Positions 12,359 through 24,752 of a DNA stretch of 64,000 bases are shown piece by piece. The stretch's first letter is position 1; the number at the start of each line of letters is the position of its first letter. A program made the translations under genes and the position numbers. Location: positions 181,474,001 to 181,538,000 of the forward strand of contig OX597816.1 of NCBI GenBank assembly GCA_951406725.2. Direction: 5' to 3'. The stretch is from Octopus vulgaris. Its lineage: Eukaryota. Under the pieces are notes generated by a model. The model saw only the letters and a program-made list of their open reading frames with translations, did no database searches and was not told where the DNA came from.

Positions 12359-12366
<8 letters not shown>
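11777..12366. mobile_element. Retrozyme/Penelope-pLTR-like non-coding element: 363-nt unit plus inverted partial copy
   Basis: 11970-12003 recurs at 12333-12365 (period 363). 11777-11970 is the reverse complement of the unit read across its junction. One HHR per unit; (TA)n on both sides. Confidence 0.75.
12158..12199 (+). ncRNA. Minimal type I hammerhead ribozyme, U3-A8 core variant
   Basis: GCTACA | TTGAAAA | GGGG caata CCCC | GAAA CGCG TC | TGTAGC. Stems I and II are perfect, and the GUC cleavage triplet ends at 12193. Confidence 0.85.
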
Positions 12367-12421
<55 letters not shown>

Positions 12422-12466
12422 ATATGTATTTGTATGTATGTATGCATGTGTGCATCTATCTGTCAG

Positions 12467-12526
<60 letters not shown>

Positions 12527-13288
12527 CGTGCGTGTGTGTATAAAGAAGTTTATACAAGAGCTAATATACGCCATTTTTTACATGGGCTGTGAATAGCTAT
12601 TACGTGCTTGGGTGTATCATTTTATCAGGAATCCCGTGTGTGTGTGTGTGTGTGTGTGTGCCTTTAATGAAAGAAAAAAGAAGCCCACTATCCTGGTTCT
12701 ATCTTTTTTGCTGATTTATGATAATTTGCATGTCAACAAAACACTTCCAAAAAGAGCTTACTCAGAGAATACTACCCGAAAACCTTTCTTCTTTGTCTCT
12801 TGCTCAAATATATGCTCAAATAATGTACACACAGTCTATTTATATCAATTCCGAAAGCGGCATAGCACCACGTAATGTTTCAAACGGAATTATTTACAAA
12901 GGCGGTCTTTCCAGTCTTCTCCACGAGTAAATTATAATAAATATAGTTACGAGGACAGCAAATTCTAAAAACACGACCGCTGATTGGTTAAATTAGTAAA
13001 TCACTACGGAAGTTATGTGAAAAAGTGGGGAGAACACACGCATGAGTATCAAATAGTTTTTTCTTATCTACCAACAAACTTTCTTCAAAATTAGGTGTTT
13101 AATTGAATATTGTGGTTATAATCATTGTTGTTGCCCCACATAACTGCATGTCTTGTTCCTTAATGACTTATTAAACATTGTTGTTAGTGATGTTAAATAT
13201 TTGTAGGATTAACAGTCGTGCAAAGAAAATTATTGTCGGCTACAATCCTTTACACTAAAAGAGTTGTAAAGGTGTTCTCGCACGGTGG

Positions 13289-13352
<64 letters not shown>

Positions 13353-13407
13353 CAGAACTCGTTATGTAGTGCGGGTACATCTTGTACATTTAAATAAAAA
13401 TAAATGA

Positions 13408-13635
13408 GCCCTTTTAAAGCCCGGTTTCCCGGTTTCAGTGGCGTGTTTGTCCCCCAGCTGGATGGGACGCCAGTCCATCGCAGCGTTACTCATTTTTGCC
13501 GGATGAGTGGACTGGGGCAGTGTGAAATGGAGTGCTTTGCTCAAGAGTACAACGCGTCACCCGGTCCAGGAATCGAAACCACAATCTTGCGATCATGATG
13601 CTGACACCCTAACCACTAAACCACGCGCCTCCACT
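13408..13635 (-). mobile_element. tRNA-derived SINE, family E
   Basis: Homologous to 25660-25905. A and B boxes on the minus strand (TGGTTTAGTGG; TTTCGATTCC). Confidence 0.8.
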
Positions 13636-13961
13636 CTTGTACATTTAGTCTTCCTTTATTAAATTAAGGGCAAGTCAGACAGGCGGGGCTCATCCTTCTG
13701 CAAGTAAAACACATGCACGGTAAGCTTGAATGACACCCTGGAAAGTTTTAATGCACGCTTTGCTTACGGTGATCGTCAAAATCGGTTTCAAATTTTGTCA
13801 CAAGGATAGATATTTCAGGGGCGGAGGAAAGTCGATTGCATCGGCCCCCACCACTTGACTGGTACATACTTTATCGATCCCGAAATGAGGAGAAACGGAA
13901 TTTGAACTCAGAATTTAGCCTGTACTATATCATATATCATTTGCATGTATGTATGTATGTA

Positions 13962-13996
<35 letters not shown>

Positions 13997-14085
13997 ATGT
14001 ATGTATGTATTTATGTATGTATTTATGTATGTATGCATGTATGTATGTATGTATGTATGTATGTATTGCTGGAGACAATGTAGGG

Positions 14086-14140
14086 CAACTGCTGTGCTGA
14101 TGACGCCTATTGTGGTAGAAGCACGTGTCAACAGCTGTTG
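14086..14140 (+). ncRNA. Slightly decayed minimal hammerhead ribozyme
   Basis: CAACtGCTGTg | CTGATGA c GCC tattgt GGT a | GAAG CACGTG TC | aACAGCtGTTG. Confidence 0.6.
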
Positions 14141-14320
14141 AGTTAATCAGACTTTAATGTTAAATCAAATTGGAGCCATTCATGACCCTTTAGATCATCT
14201 TCTCTTCTCATTTGTAGCTGGTCTCAAATGCTACCAAATAATTGTTCTACCTTTTCTGGAAACGGATATAATTTCAATAAATCAAGAATTTATCTTGCAT
14301 GGTAGTGTGCATGGGGGTAA

Positions 14321-14351
<31 letters not shown>

Positions 14352-14353
<2 letters not shown>

Positions 14354-14900
14354 AGCTGAATAACCCGTCGTTGCCGGGCAATTTTTATAATAGAATGTCT
14401 CATATAAATGTTTGTTTATTCCATATCAGACCATGCGTTCTCCGACAGATCGGCTTCTTGATCAGGACAAATTTGTGCAATTTTTCACAAAAAAACTTCG
14501 TTGAGGACTTTCCCCTCTTCTTAAATTACTTACATGTTTGTTCGACCGTTTCACAAGGCTTTATTCATTAAAACTTATTAAAACTTTAGAAGTTCTTACA
14601 ACTTTGGTCGTTGTAATGCTTTGCTTTCGCTTGTTTAATAAAAAGTGCTCCACGTGGTGATTTTGCTTTCAATTTGTGATAAACAGCTATCATGCAGGAA
14701 ATGCCAGTTTCCAAATCCTGTTTTCTCATTAGGTAAAACTGATTAAACCCTAAACCTCAGTAACAGTTTCCTGCAATTTTTCTAGAACAAATAAATAACA
14801 AAATCAGATTTAATGTGGAAAATTATTTCGATATAACAAATTTGAAAATTTGACAATATGCGACAGAAACAGGGAGGACCCTACCAAAGTAGGGAAACAG
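14352..14900 (-). mobile_element. Helitron-type 3' end fragment
   Basis: The minus strand ends GCCCGGCAACGACGGG-TTATTCAG-CTGG|T, which is a hairpin plus CTRR and resembles 4052-4079. The 5' extent is uncertain. Confidence 0.55.
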
Positions 14901-14915
14901 AGAGTTAGGGGACAT

Positions 14916-14978
<63 letters not shown>

Positions 14979-15664
14979 TTACAAACGTATACATTGGTAA
15001 TCACGAGGTTTAAATGGTATATAGTAGACATATGTATGTACGTACATATGTATATAGATATATATGCATGTGTGTGTATGTGTGTTTGTGTGTGTCTGTA
15101 TGTGAGTGTTTTTTTTGCGATTGACAGCAGAAAAGCCTCCTACCCCCTCTCTCCTTAAAGCTACATATTCCTCACACCCACCTTTCTTTCCCTTCCTCGG
15201 CGTTTTAAAAGTTACTTATGTATATGTGCATTTGTGTGTGTGTAAGTGTGTGTGTGTGTGTGTATGTATGTATGCATGTATCTATGTATTTATGAAAGTG
15301 TGTATGCAGCGTCGCGTGTATATCACTGAATGACAACTGTATTAACGTTACCATCCCATTGTTACTCCATATTTGTCGCTTGCACAACGCTATTCTTCCC
15401 TACCCTGATATCAGCCACACTCACTATGTCACCACATTTCCCTCACACTAACACTCTTTCCCCCTTCTCATTTTATCAAATAATAGCCCAACCCCACTAG
15501 GGGGCCCATTATAGATTTTTTATTGAAATATAATTAGCCTATAATTGAACTGGATGTTAGTTTAACATGTATACAAAGTTCCGTCAAGATATGTTCGCTG
15601 GTGTAGGCACCCAGATGGTAACAGACAGAACGACAGACAGAAATAGCCATTTATGTATAAGATG

Positions 15665-15761
<97 letters not shown>

Positions 15762-15777
15762 GGTATAAATATATATG

Positions 15778-15811
<34 letters not shown>

Positions 15812-15828
15812 CATGGTATAAATATATA

Positions 15829-15877
<49 letters not shown>

Positions 15878-18800
15878 GCACACGGACGGACGGACACACA
15901 CACCTGCGCTCACACCTATATACGTATATACATTAAACAGCGTATATGAAGAATTATAGAAGGATATTAAAAAAAATGATAGCCTTTGTTATCTCTTCCA
16001 TTGTCAGAAAACAGGCTATTGGCTTGACCTAGTTTCGAAAACTGTCGGATTCATATTCAAAAGTCACGTACCCGTTTCTTTTTATAGTTATTTATATGCA
16101 CTAAATGTAGCATTTCATGTATATCAGCTGTTCTGATTTGCACAATTTAATGCTTTGGTGGATACTGGTTCGTTTTATTAATTTTAATCGTATTTGACAG
16201 CATGTATAGCAATTCTAAATGTGTACAAAAGAATCTTAATATTTTTAGCCAACCTTGTGAAAATTTGACAACTGTAAACAAAAAGGACTAAAAAGAAGAA
16301 AATGCTCATTACACCTGGTTTTGGATACTAGATTTATTGCGAAATAACAAAACCATTAATCAAAGTTTCAAAATATTGCGTTTACCTTCACAAACTTCTA
16401 TAATTATCCCTGCTGTTGTTTAAGCTTAACCCTAAAGAACTGATATTGTCAGTCTTTAATTTAGGATGCACCTGTGAGTGTGTGAATTATTTATTATTAA
16501 CCATCACATTTTTCGATCCCAGCCCCTTATAGTTTAATTAATTCTTTGTCTTCCTTACAGTTTATAGAAATAATTAAGATCTGCCGTTAGTGTTCACCAT
16601 AGAGTTTCTATAAGCCATCTTGCAAATAAAATCATAGCAAATATAAAACGCTACACATATATCGAATCTTTCATTTAATCAATGTTTAAGCATTTAGAAA
16701 CACCTCTCTCTCTGTTTATATATATATATATATATATATATACGCACACCTAATACACGTGCATTTTATCCTCTGGCTTTTTTGTCTTTTTTGTCTTCTT
16801 TCATCTTTTCCTTATTTTCTCAGTCACTCTTGTGCCTTCCTCTAATCTGACGAAGGACTATATCCGAAGCGTGATGGTTTTATTTTATGATTTTATTCCT
16901 TTCATAAACGCCAACCCAATATTAACCCGGAACGTTCCTTTGACTCCTGTTGTTTTTGTATCTGCGTTGCAAAAGTCCGGGCAAGGTTGTTTATGGAATC
17001 CAGCAGTCACCCATGCATACCAGCCTCCCCTGAGTCCGATATAGTTTGGCACAAGTGACATCGCAACACATTTCTACAGCTGAGTGAATTGGAGCAGAGT
17101 GAAATAAAGTGTCTTGCTCAAGAACGCAACGCAGAGCCCCATCCGGGAATCGAACTTACTACCTCATAATTGTGAGTCCGATCCTCTAAACACTGAGCTA
17201 TGCATTAGGGTAGAGACGGGATGTTCTTCGCTGGAACATCTTTAAACATATGTATTTTCAACTTAATCTGACCTGTGCTTAAACAACAACAACTTCAACA
17301 CAGTCTGAACGTGGTGTTTTCCTCCTTCAAATGTTTTCATATGACGATACGTTTCTGCCAGTTTATTTTTGAGGGAATCTTAATTTAGCCGACAATTCCA
17401 AGGTATCCGACCAGATTTACAAGAGAGAACCAATGAGGAACAAACCCCAAATCCCTCTGAAATCATACCCTGATGTCTTAATAGAAAAACATACGTTGAA
17501 AGGGGGGGTGGAGACAGGATGGTTATGGCTGGATTGGCTTTGGTTGCAAGTCTACTCGATCAGGGATGACTTGAAGCTAATCAACAACATCCACGATCGC
17601 TTCCACGCCAACAACAGCTACAACCACATTTTCAATAATACCAGACGCGTGGTGAAATTTTTTCACGATGTCTAATATTCAAGAGTAAATATTTTTGAAA
17701 GGTAACGTGGTCACAACAGCTTAATATTTCCAGTATTTTCGACGAGGGAAAACCATGTCATCTAAATGAGTATTTATCAACAAAATATCTTTAAAAGTTT
17801 TAGAAAGGAATTACAGTCTTTTTGTTGTTTAACCTGTACATTTTTTTTTGGAATGTTTGACACAAATTCTTGTTGGACAACTTTATGTACACTAAGAAAA
17901 TTTGTGTTTGCATTTGATGCGTGTGGACAAATATTTTTACGGATGCGATTAAGAATGTGTGAGTGAAGATAAAAGCAAAACAAAACACCTGCAGCCAATA
18001 ATATTTTTCTAAACAATTACTCAACTCGAAAAGAATCACGTATGAACATTGCTTAGATTATTGTTATCTGTTCTACCTAAGGAGCGAACACATCAATTCA
18101 ACGAACTTTCCGATCAAATATTATCAAGATTACACACTTAGTGATATTAGAGAACTTTTATGCAGGTATTAAGTTATATGTGTAACGTAATGTTTTCTAC
18201 AAAATCGATGGTGAGTATAAATTTCCATTATTATTTAATTTTTTTCTACAACAAACACGAATCCATTGATTTCCCCCCTTTTAATAAGAAAAGAATGAAA
18301 GGTATAATGTGTTTATATTGCTGCAATTTTCGTCTTACCATTTGTTTATTAATCAATATAGTTACTTGATTAATTCTTAATATGTATTGCAAGCTCTAAG
18401 GTGGCGAGCTGGCAAAATAGTTGTGGCGCTGGAAAAACGAAATGCTTAGCCCCCCACCCAGCTTCACATTCGGAGTTCAAATCTAGCCGAGGTCGACTTT
18501 GCCTTTCATCATTTCAGAATCGATATGTACTAGGGTCGACGTAATCGACTTTTCCCTCCTCCGAAATTGTTGTCCTTGTTCCAAAATTTGAAACCAATAT
18601 CTATTGTAAGCTCTTTTTTTTTCTGCAATAGCTTGTTATAAATGGAATCCATCACACACTTTATAAATATAACAGTCGGATTCATTACAGTTTCCAAAGA
18701 CACTAAGTTTTACGTTCTTTCGTGAAGAGTTTTAAAGATGATATTTATTTCAAAATTGTTTCGCAATAAATAAGATATTCTTATCAATGTTGAGCAGTGG

Positions 18801-19072
18801 AACAAATAGAAGCTTTCTTGGATTCCGAGTTCCTTTCCCAACCAAGCTTTCCGTGCAGATATTGACACGTGGATTTCCAAACTATATCGATTTCACCAGT
18901 TTTCGTGAAGTGATAGGTCGTGTCTGCTATATATCTCTTATTATATATAAAGAGGAAGATAAGCTTTCAGCACATATTTTTTTGTTACTCGAAAGTAAAC
19001 ATTTCATTTCCGCTGCCCTTGAGAACAAAGAAAAAACAAAAACAAAACAACAATAATAACATACATTGATGC

Positions 19073-19655
19073 CAGCAGTGGCTGTGTGGTAAGTAGCTTG
19101 CTAACCAACCACATGGTTCCGGGTTCAGTCCCACTGCGTGGCATCTTGGGCAAGCCTCGGGCCGACCAATGCCTTGTGAGTGGATTTGGTAGACGGAAAC
19201 TGAAAGAAGCCTGTCGTATATATATATAGGCGCAGGAGTGGCTGTGTGGTAAGTAGCTTGCTAACCAACCACATGGTTCCGGGTTCAGTCCCACTGCGTG
19301 GCATCTTGGGCAAGTGTCTTCTGCTATAGCCTCGGGCCGACCAATGCCTTGTGAGTGGATTTGGTAGACGGAAACTGAAAGAAGCCTGTCGTATATATGT
19401 ATATATATATAAGTGTGTGTGAATATGTTTGTGTGTCTGTGTTTGTTCCCCTAGCATTGCTGGACAACCGATGCTGGTGTGTTTACGTCCCCGTCACTTA
19501 GCTGTTCGGCAAAAAGAGACCGATAGAATAAGTCCTGGGCTTACAAAAGAATAAGTCCCGGGGGTCGATTTGCTCGACTAAAAGGCGGTGCTCCAGCATG
19601 GCCGCAGTCAAAATGACTGCAACAAGTAAAAAGAGTAAAAAAAAAAAAAAGAGTA
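19073..19655 (+). mobile_element. tRNA-derived SINE, family A (full copy 19229-19655, preceded by a tandem 5' half)
   Basis: A box TGGCTGTGTGG, B box GGTTCAGTCC, internal microsatellite and (AGTAAAAG)n tail. More than 15 related copies occur in the window. Confidence 0.9.
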
Positions 19656-20042
19656 TGTATGTATGTAAATCCCTAAACTCTGTTTGTTCTAATGTCATTA
19701 AGATTAAACACAATGTGAACATTGATATCGCGAGTAAATTTCGATTTCATCCAATGAATTTATTTGTAGGATAGATTGTCATTCACCAATGATTCATTTG
19801 AGAAAATTAGCCCATGTACACAAAACAGATAAATAGATAAATATATTCAAACTTAAGCCAAAAGGTTCACGACGGGCTTCTTTCAGTTTCCGTCTACCAA
19901 ATCCACTCACAAAACTTTGGTCGGCCCGAGGCTACATTAGAAGATACTTACCCAAGGTGCCACGCAGTGAGACTGAACCGACTGAACTCGGAACCATGTA
20001 GTTGCGAAGCAAGCTTCTTATCACACAGCCACACCCGCGCCT

Positions 20043-20073
<31 letters not shown>

Positions 20074-20392
20074 TCAGATAATTCCAATGGCCAAAACCCG
20101 CGGACGAGCCATTTGCTTCCCACTTCTGACTTCGCATAGTTTTCTTACATTTCAATGTGTCACCTGTCTTTATTTATTAAGATTAATGGACAACTTTGTT
20201 TAATACATTACAAATACTATACAGTTATTCATATCTCATCTCTGTATGCTTATACAATTGTATATGTGTGAGTTGACTATTAGTTTTTATTTTTATTTTG
20301 TATGTTGGTGCCTAGCTCCAGGCCACAGGTCATATCTGATCAAGCAGTTGTATGTCGGATCAAATGTTGCTATTGTTCGGTGGAGCTTGTGA

Positions 20393-20631
20393 TACATACA
20401 TACATACATACATACATACATACATACATACAATGTATAGATACATACATACATACATACATACATACATACATGCATACACACATACATACACACATAC
20501 ATGCATACATACATACACACATACATACATACATACACACATACATACAATGTATACATACATACATACATACATACATACATACATACATACATACATA
20601 CATGCATATATACATACATACATGCATGCAT

Positions 20632-20666
<35 letters not shown>

Positions 20667-20736
20667 CACATGCATACATACATGCATACATACATGCGTA
20701 CATACATACACACATAGATATATACATACATACATA
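20393..20736. repeat. Degenerate (TACA)n array
   Basis: Direct reading. Confidence 0.95.
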
Positions 20737-22249
20737 AGAACCGACAGTATAGTAGAAGCTATAGCCACAATGAGAAGAATGGTGGAATGTCGTAGTGAAA
20801 ACCTCAATAAAATGTAAACATAATAGACGTGGCGAAGTGATTTGGGGTTGAGAAAAGGAGATCCACAACCTTTCTCTCATTTCATTCGTCCTTACGTTCT
20901 GAGTTCAAGTTCCGCCGAGGTCGACTTTGCTTGTCATCCTTTCGAGGTCGATAAAATAAGTACCAGTTGAATACTGGGGTCAATGTAATCGCTTGACCTC
21001 CTCCCCTAAAATTTCAGACCTTCTGACTATAGTAGAAAGAATTATTGTTGTTGTTGTCGTCGTCGTCTTCTTGGCTTTTAACAGGTGGAGAGCTGAACCA
21101 TCCTGGGGTACAGAGGATCGCAATCTAGACTAGAGTCTGAAAGTTTACCACACTATAGTGGGTTACACCATGGTTCCTCTGCTTTGTGGCAGAAGTAGGA
21201 AGAAAGAGTGAGAGAAAGTTGTGGTGAAAGACGACAGCAGGGTTCACCCCCTCCCCTGCCGGAGCATCGTGGAGCTTCGGTGTTTTTGCTCAATAAACAC
21301 TCACAATGCCCGGTCTGAGAATCGAAACCGCATTCTTACGACCGCGAGTCCGCTGCCCTAACCACCGGCCATTGCGCTTCCACTGTTGTCGTTGCTGTTA
21401 TTGTTGATGTTTTATTATATAAGCTATGATAACTTTGAAAACTGCTGCCACCTATCATAGATTGTAGTTCTATCAAAAAAGAAATAAAAAATTCTTGGAG
21501 ATTTTTTCATTGAATCAAGTTCTATACCAGTTCTACAAAGAAGCTCCGTTTATCGGTTCCATGAAGAAGCTACTGCGATGTAGAGCCATTGCTCCAACAA
21601 ATTGCTTTCATTGATATGAAATATGCTGATTTACGTAGCGAAAGTCAACAACCAATATCGCACAGCAAATAAAGGCAACAACAGTTGAGTAGAATCTGCC
21701 ATCAAGATAATTGCCAAAAAATGTGATGCACGATTGAAGCAAACGTTATCACAATTACACTGAGAAGAGACTGCCTCCACTGCTTGAACAAACGGTAGCC
21801 GCTTAAGGACATGGTCGAAATGAATAAAGTATATAAAAAGCTGAAAACACGGATGACAGTAAGATAAAAGTTCAGTACTTACACTGATAAAGCACTCATT
21901 GAAAGGACTCTTGTGACACAAATAAATAGAATAAACTACTAACTTGATGTTATCTGTGATCAACCAAGTTGGTAAAGGACACCTAGTACAAATTCAAGCA
22001 CCCAGCTTTTGGACATTAAATGTCTTATTGTGTTGTGTGTTGCAGTCAGCATTTACCAATAGGCTGAAACAAAGAGATCGATCCAAATGATAACTCGTGG
22101 CTAGTTGATGTTCCGATAGGGACATCAGCAGGGTAACACATTGGAAGTTGAATACAAGCAATAGATGCAAAGATAATAATGAATTTACGAACCCCCAACT
22201 GCGAGTTTATGATAGTCTATCCAAAATTTGCAGAAGCTGCCGATGAAAG

Positions 22250-22800
22250 ATATTCACAGATAAACCAATTCGCCTTAAATGTGAACTACGAATGATATGT
22301 CAGAAGCTTTGCTGTTGTCAGAAATTTCATGAACATTCGACGATCAACGATAAATTTTCCTTAAAACCACAAGTTGCATATCGCAGCATTAAATATCATA
22401 TTATCAATGCTTATCCCCAGGGTAGTCTGGAATCCTTTAGAGACAGAGTTTGTGTGGAATCTAGAATATAAATATACAACTGCATTGCAGGAAGGAACTA
22501 CGTTGTGAGTTCTGTGAATCAAAAGATATTTTCAGTGAAATTCTGCCGATAAAAACTATCGAATGGAATAATGATACAAAACTATGGAATGGAAAGTTAT
22601 ATGGAAGAGATTTTAAGATCGGTTGTTAGAGTGGGCTCATGTTTTACAAGGAAGCTAACCTCATCCTGTTAAAAACACACTGGATTCAATGAACTATCCC
22701 GGTTGATAGCAGCATCAACAAAGCACTACATTCACGGTTAAGATTTGTGGCTAAAAACGTGGAAAAATAAAGTACTGGGCCATAGCATGCTAAAATGTTT
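22250..22800 (+). pseudogene. Very old LINE RT relic
   Basis: Traces of DMSxAF (about 22295) and PQGSLE (about 22415). Confidence 0.35.
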
Positions 22801-22942
22801 TGCCTAAATCAGTCTTTCTCAAGTTTTTTTTTGTCCCATACTCTACTTCAGTCTCCTCCCCCCCAAAGAAAAACAAAAAAAAACATGCACCCAATCACAA
22901 GTGGACAGAAATAGTCAAAGATATAATATATATATATATATA

Positions 22943-23038
<96 letters not shown>

Positions 23039-23151
23039 GCAAAAACAATTAAGATCCAAGTGAATTCCAATGAATTCACATGAATGTGGTACCTAACTTA
23101 GATGTACCAGAATTCATTTATGGTGTTAACCATAAAATAATGTGGGGTGAT

Positions 23152-23304
23152 TATAACCAAGAAAAAAGCAACAAGAATGGATTAGTAGTTTAGTACAATT
23201 GTTTCATACTAAGAACAATTTTATTTGAAGCTGCAAATAAAATTGTTCTTAGTATGAAACAATTGTACTAAACTACTAATCCATTCTTGTTGCTTTTTTC
23301 TTGG

Positions 23305-23309
<5 letters not shown>
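23152..23309. repeat. Perfect 76-bp inverted repeat with a 6-nt spacer, containing the 3' half of a hammerhead
   Basis: Arms are 23152-23227 and 23234-23309. GAAA CAATTG TA at 23256-23267. Family relatives at 50135-50270 and 50945-51130. Confidence 0.9.
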
Positions 23310-23356
<47 letters not shown>

Positions 23357-23444
23357 TAGTCAACAGATGCGAGCAAGGGAATCTCAGGAGGATCCCAAGT
23401 AAGCAGATATGGTGACAATGATTCAGATATATATATACATACAT

Positions 23445-24000
23445 GGTGGCTGCCCCCTCGTTATCGAGTATGGCCATTGCACAAAGCTTAATCAATGTTG
23501 TTATCGTGCAATGCCTATGCAAGAAGATTTTTTTTAAAGTGAGGAAAGGCTGTGCACTGAGTCAATCCCACTCACTAAGCAACAGCAGCCATAATCCAAA
23601 TAGAAAGAACAAGTCAACATCATCGGTAACCACTGAGCCGCAGGTTTTATGTCGGAGTTATTCCAGTTACCTGAGTTACCTTCTCCTAGAAGGATGCCCT
23701 GACAAAGGCTGGGAGTCCTTCACTCCCAATGGTTTAACCGCGCGATCGGGTATTCAGTCCGATTATTTCTATGTCCCAGCGCATGATACAGCCTTCAGAG
23801 ATTTATTGGATGGCCGTTGACTCTCAAGAGTTCCTCCGCCCTTTGACGGGTTTTGTTTTTCATCCCGCAGGGTGTCCAATAAACACTCTCCTCACCAAGC
23901 TTTCTTGGTGAGGTTGCCAGTTTAGTCGCCGACGACCCGACCATGTAACAGGTTGTACTGGGTTACATGTTACCAGTAGCATTCGAAAGTGACCTGACAT
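23445..24000 (-). mobile_element. RTE-clade LINE 5' UTR-like fragment
   Basis: The minus strand carries GGGCATCCTTCTAGGAGAAGGTAACTC...AAACC, which resembles the conserved RTE 5' UTR motif. An HDV-like fold lies at its 5' end. Confidence 0.55.
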
Positions 24001-24067
24001 GAATATATACATACGTACATATTTACATACATACATACATACATACATATAATTGGAGAAGACAAGC

Positions 24068-24142
<75 letters not shown>

Positions 24143-24203
24143 CAGAGCAAACTTACTCTGATTACATAGACTCAAAGACTTAGAGGGTAGAAGACGTTAC
24201 AAG

Positions 24204-24320
24204 TCCGACAGCTGTTTCTGGGGCTCGGATTTACTTCATAATGTTGGCTGATCGAAATTTGCAGTCACATATGAAAGCAAATAAATATTGGTAAAATCCA
24301 GAGCCCCCTTTATCAGGGTG
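24204..24320 (-). ncRNA. Decayed hammerhead with long stem II
   Basis: Minus strand: CTGATAA ag GGGGCTCtGGATTTtAC...GTAAATCCGAGCCCC a GAAA CAGCTG TC GGA. Confidence 0.55.
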
Positions 24321-24519
24321 GATAGATAAGAACCTATTGTATCAGATCATTACGCAGGGAAAGGTCTAAGTTCAAATTCTGCCGAGGCCTACTTTGGTTT
24401 TTATCTCTTTCAGGATCTATAAAATAATTACAATTTGAGCATCGGGATCGATGTAATCGATTTGCCCTCTCCCTAAAATTTCTGATCTGCTGCCAAAATT
24501 TTAAGCCATTATAAGTGAA

Positions 24520-24752
24520 CTTATTTCTTTACTACCCACAAGGAGCTAAACACAGAGGACAAACAAGGAACGACAAAGGGATTAAGTCGATTACATCGAC
24601 CCCAGTGCATAACTGGTACTTAATTTATCGACCCCGAAAGGATGAAAAGCAAAATCGACCCCGGCGGAATTCGAACTCAGAACGTAACGGCAGACGAAAT
24701 ACCGCTAAGCATGTCACCCGGCGTGCTAACGTTTCTGCCAGCTCGCCGCCTT
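24520..24752 (-). mobile_element. tRNA-derived SINE, family B
   Basis: Reverse complement of GGCGGCGAGCTGGCAGAAACGTTAGC...GAGTTCGAATTCC... Confidence 0.85.

Noticed and set aside
17777-18016. Faint resemblance to a hAT transposase C-terminus
   Set aside because: The key SxxxERxFS motif is not recoverable.
21400-21990. Possible Tc1/mariner relic on the minus strand (TACTAGGTGTCC end)
   Set aside because: Only one TIR-like end and no clear catalytic motifs.
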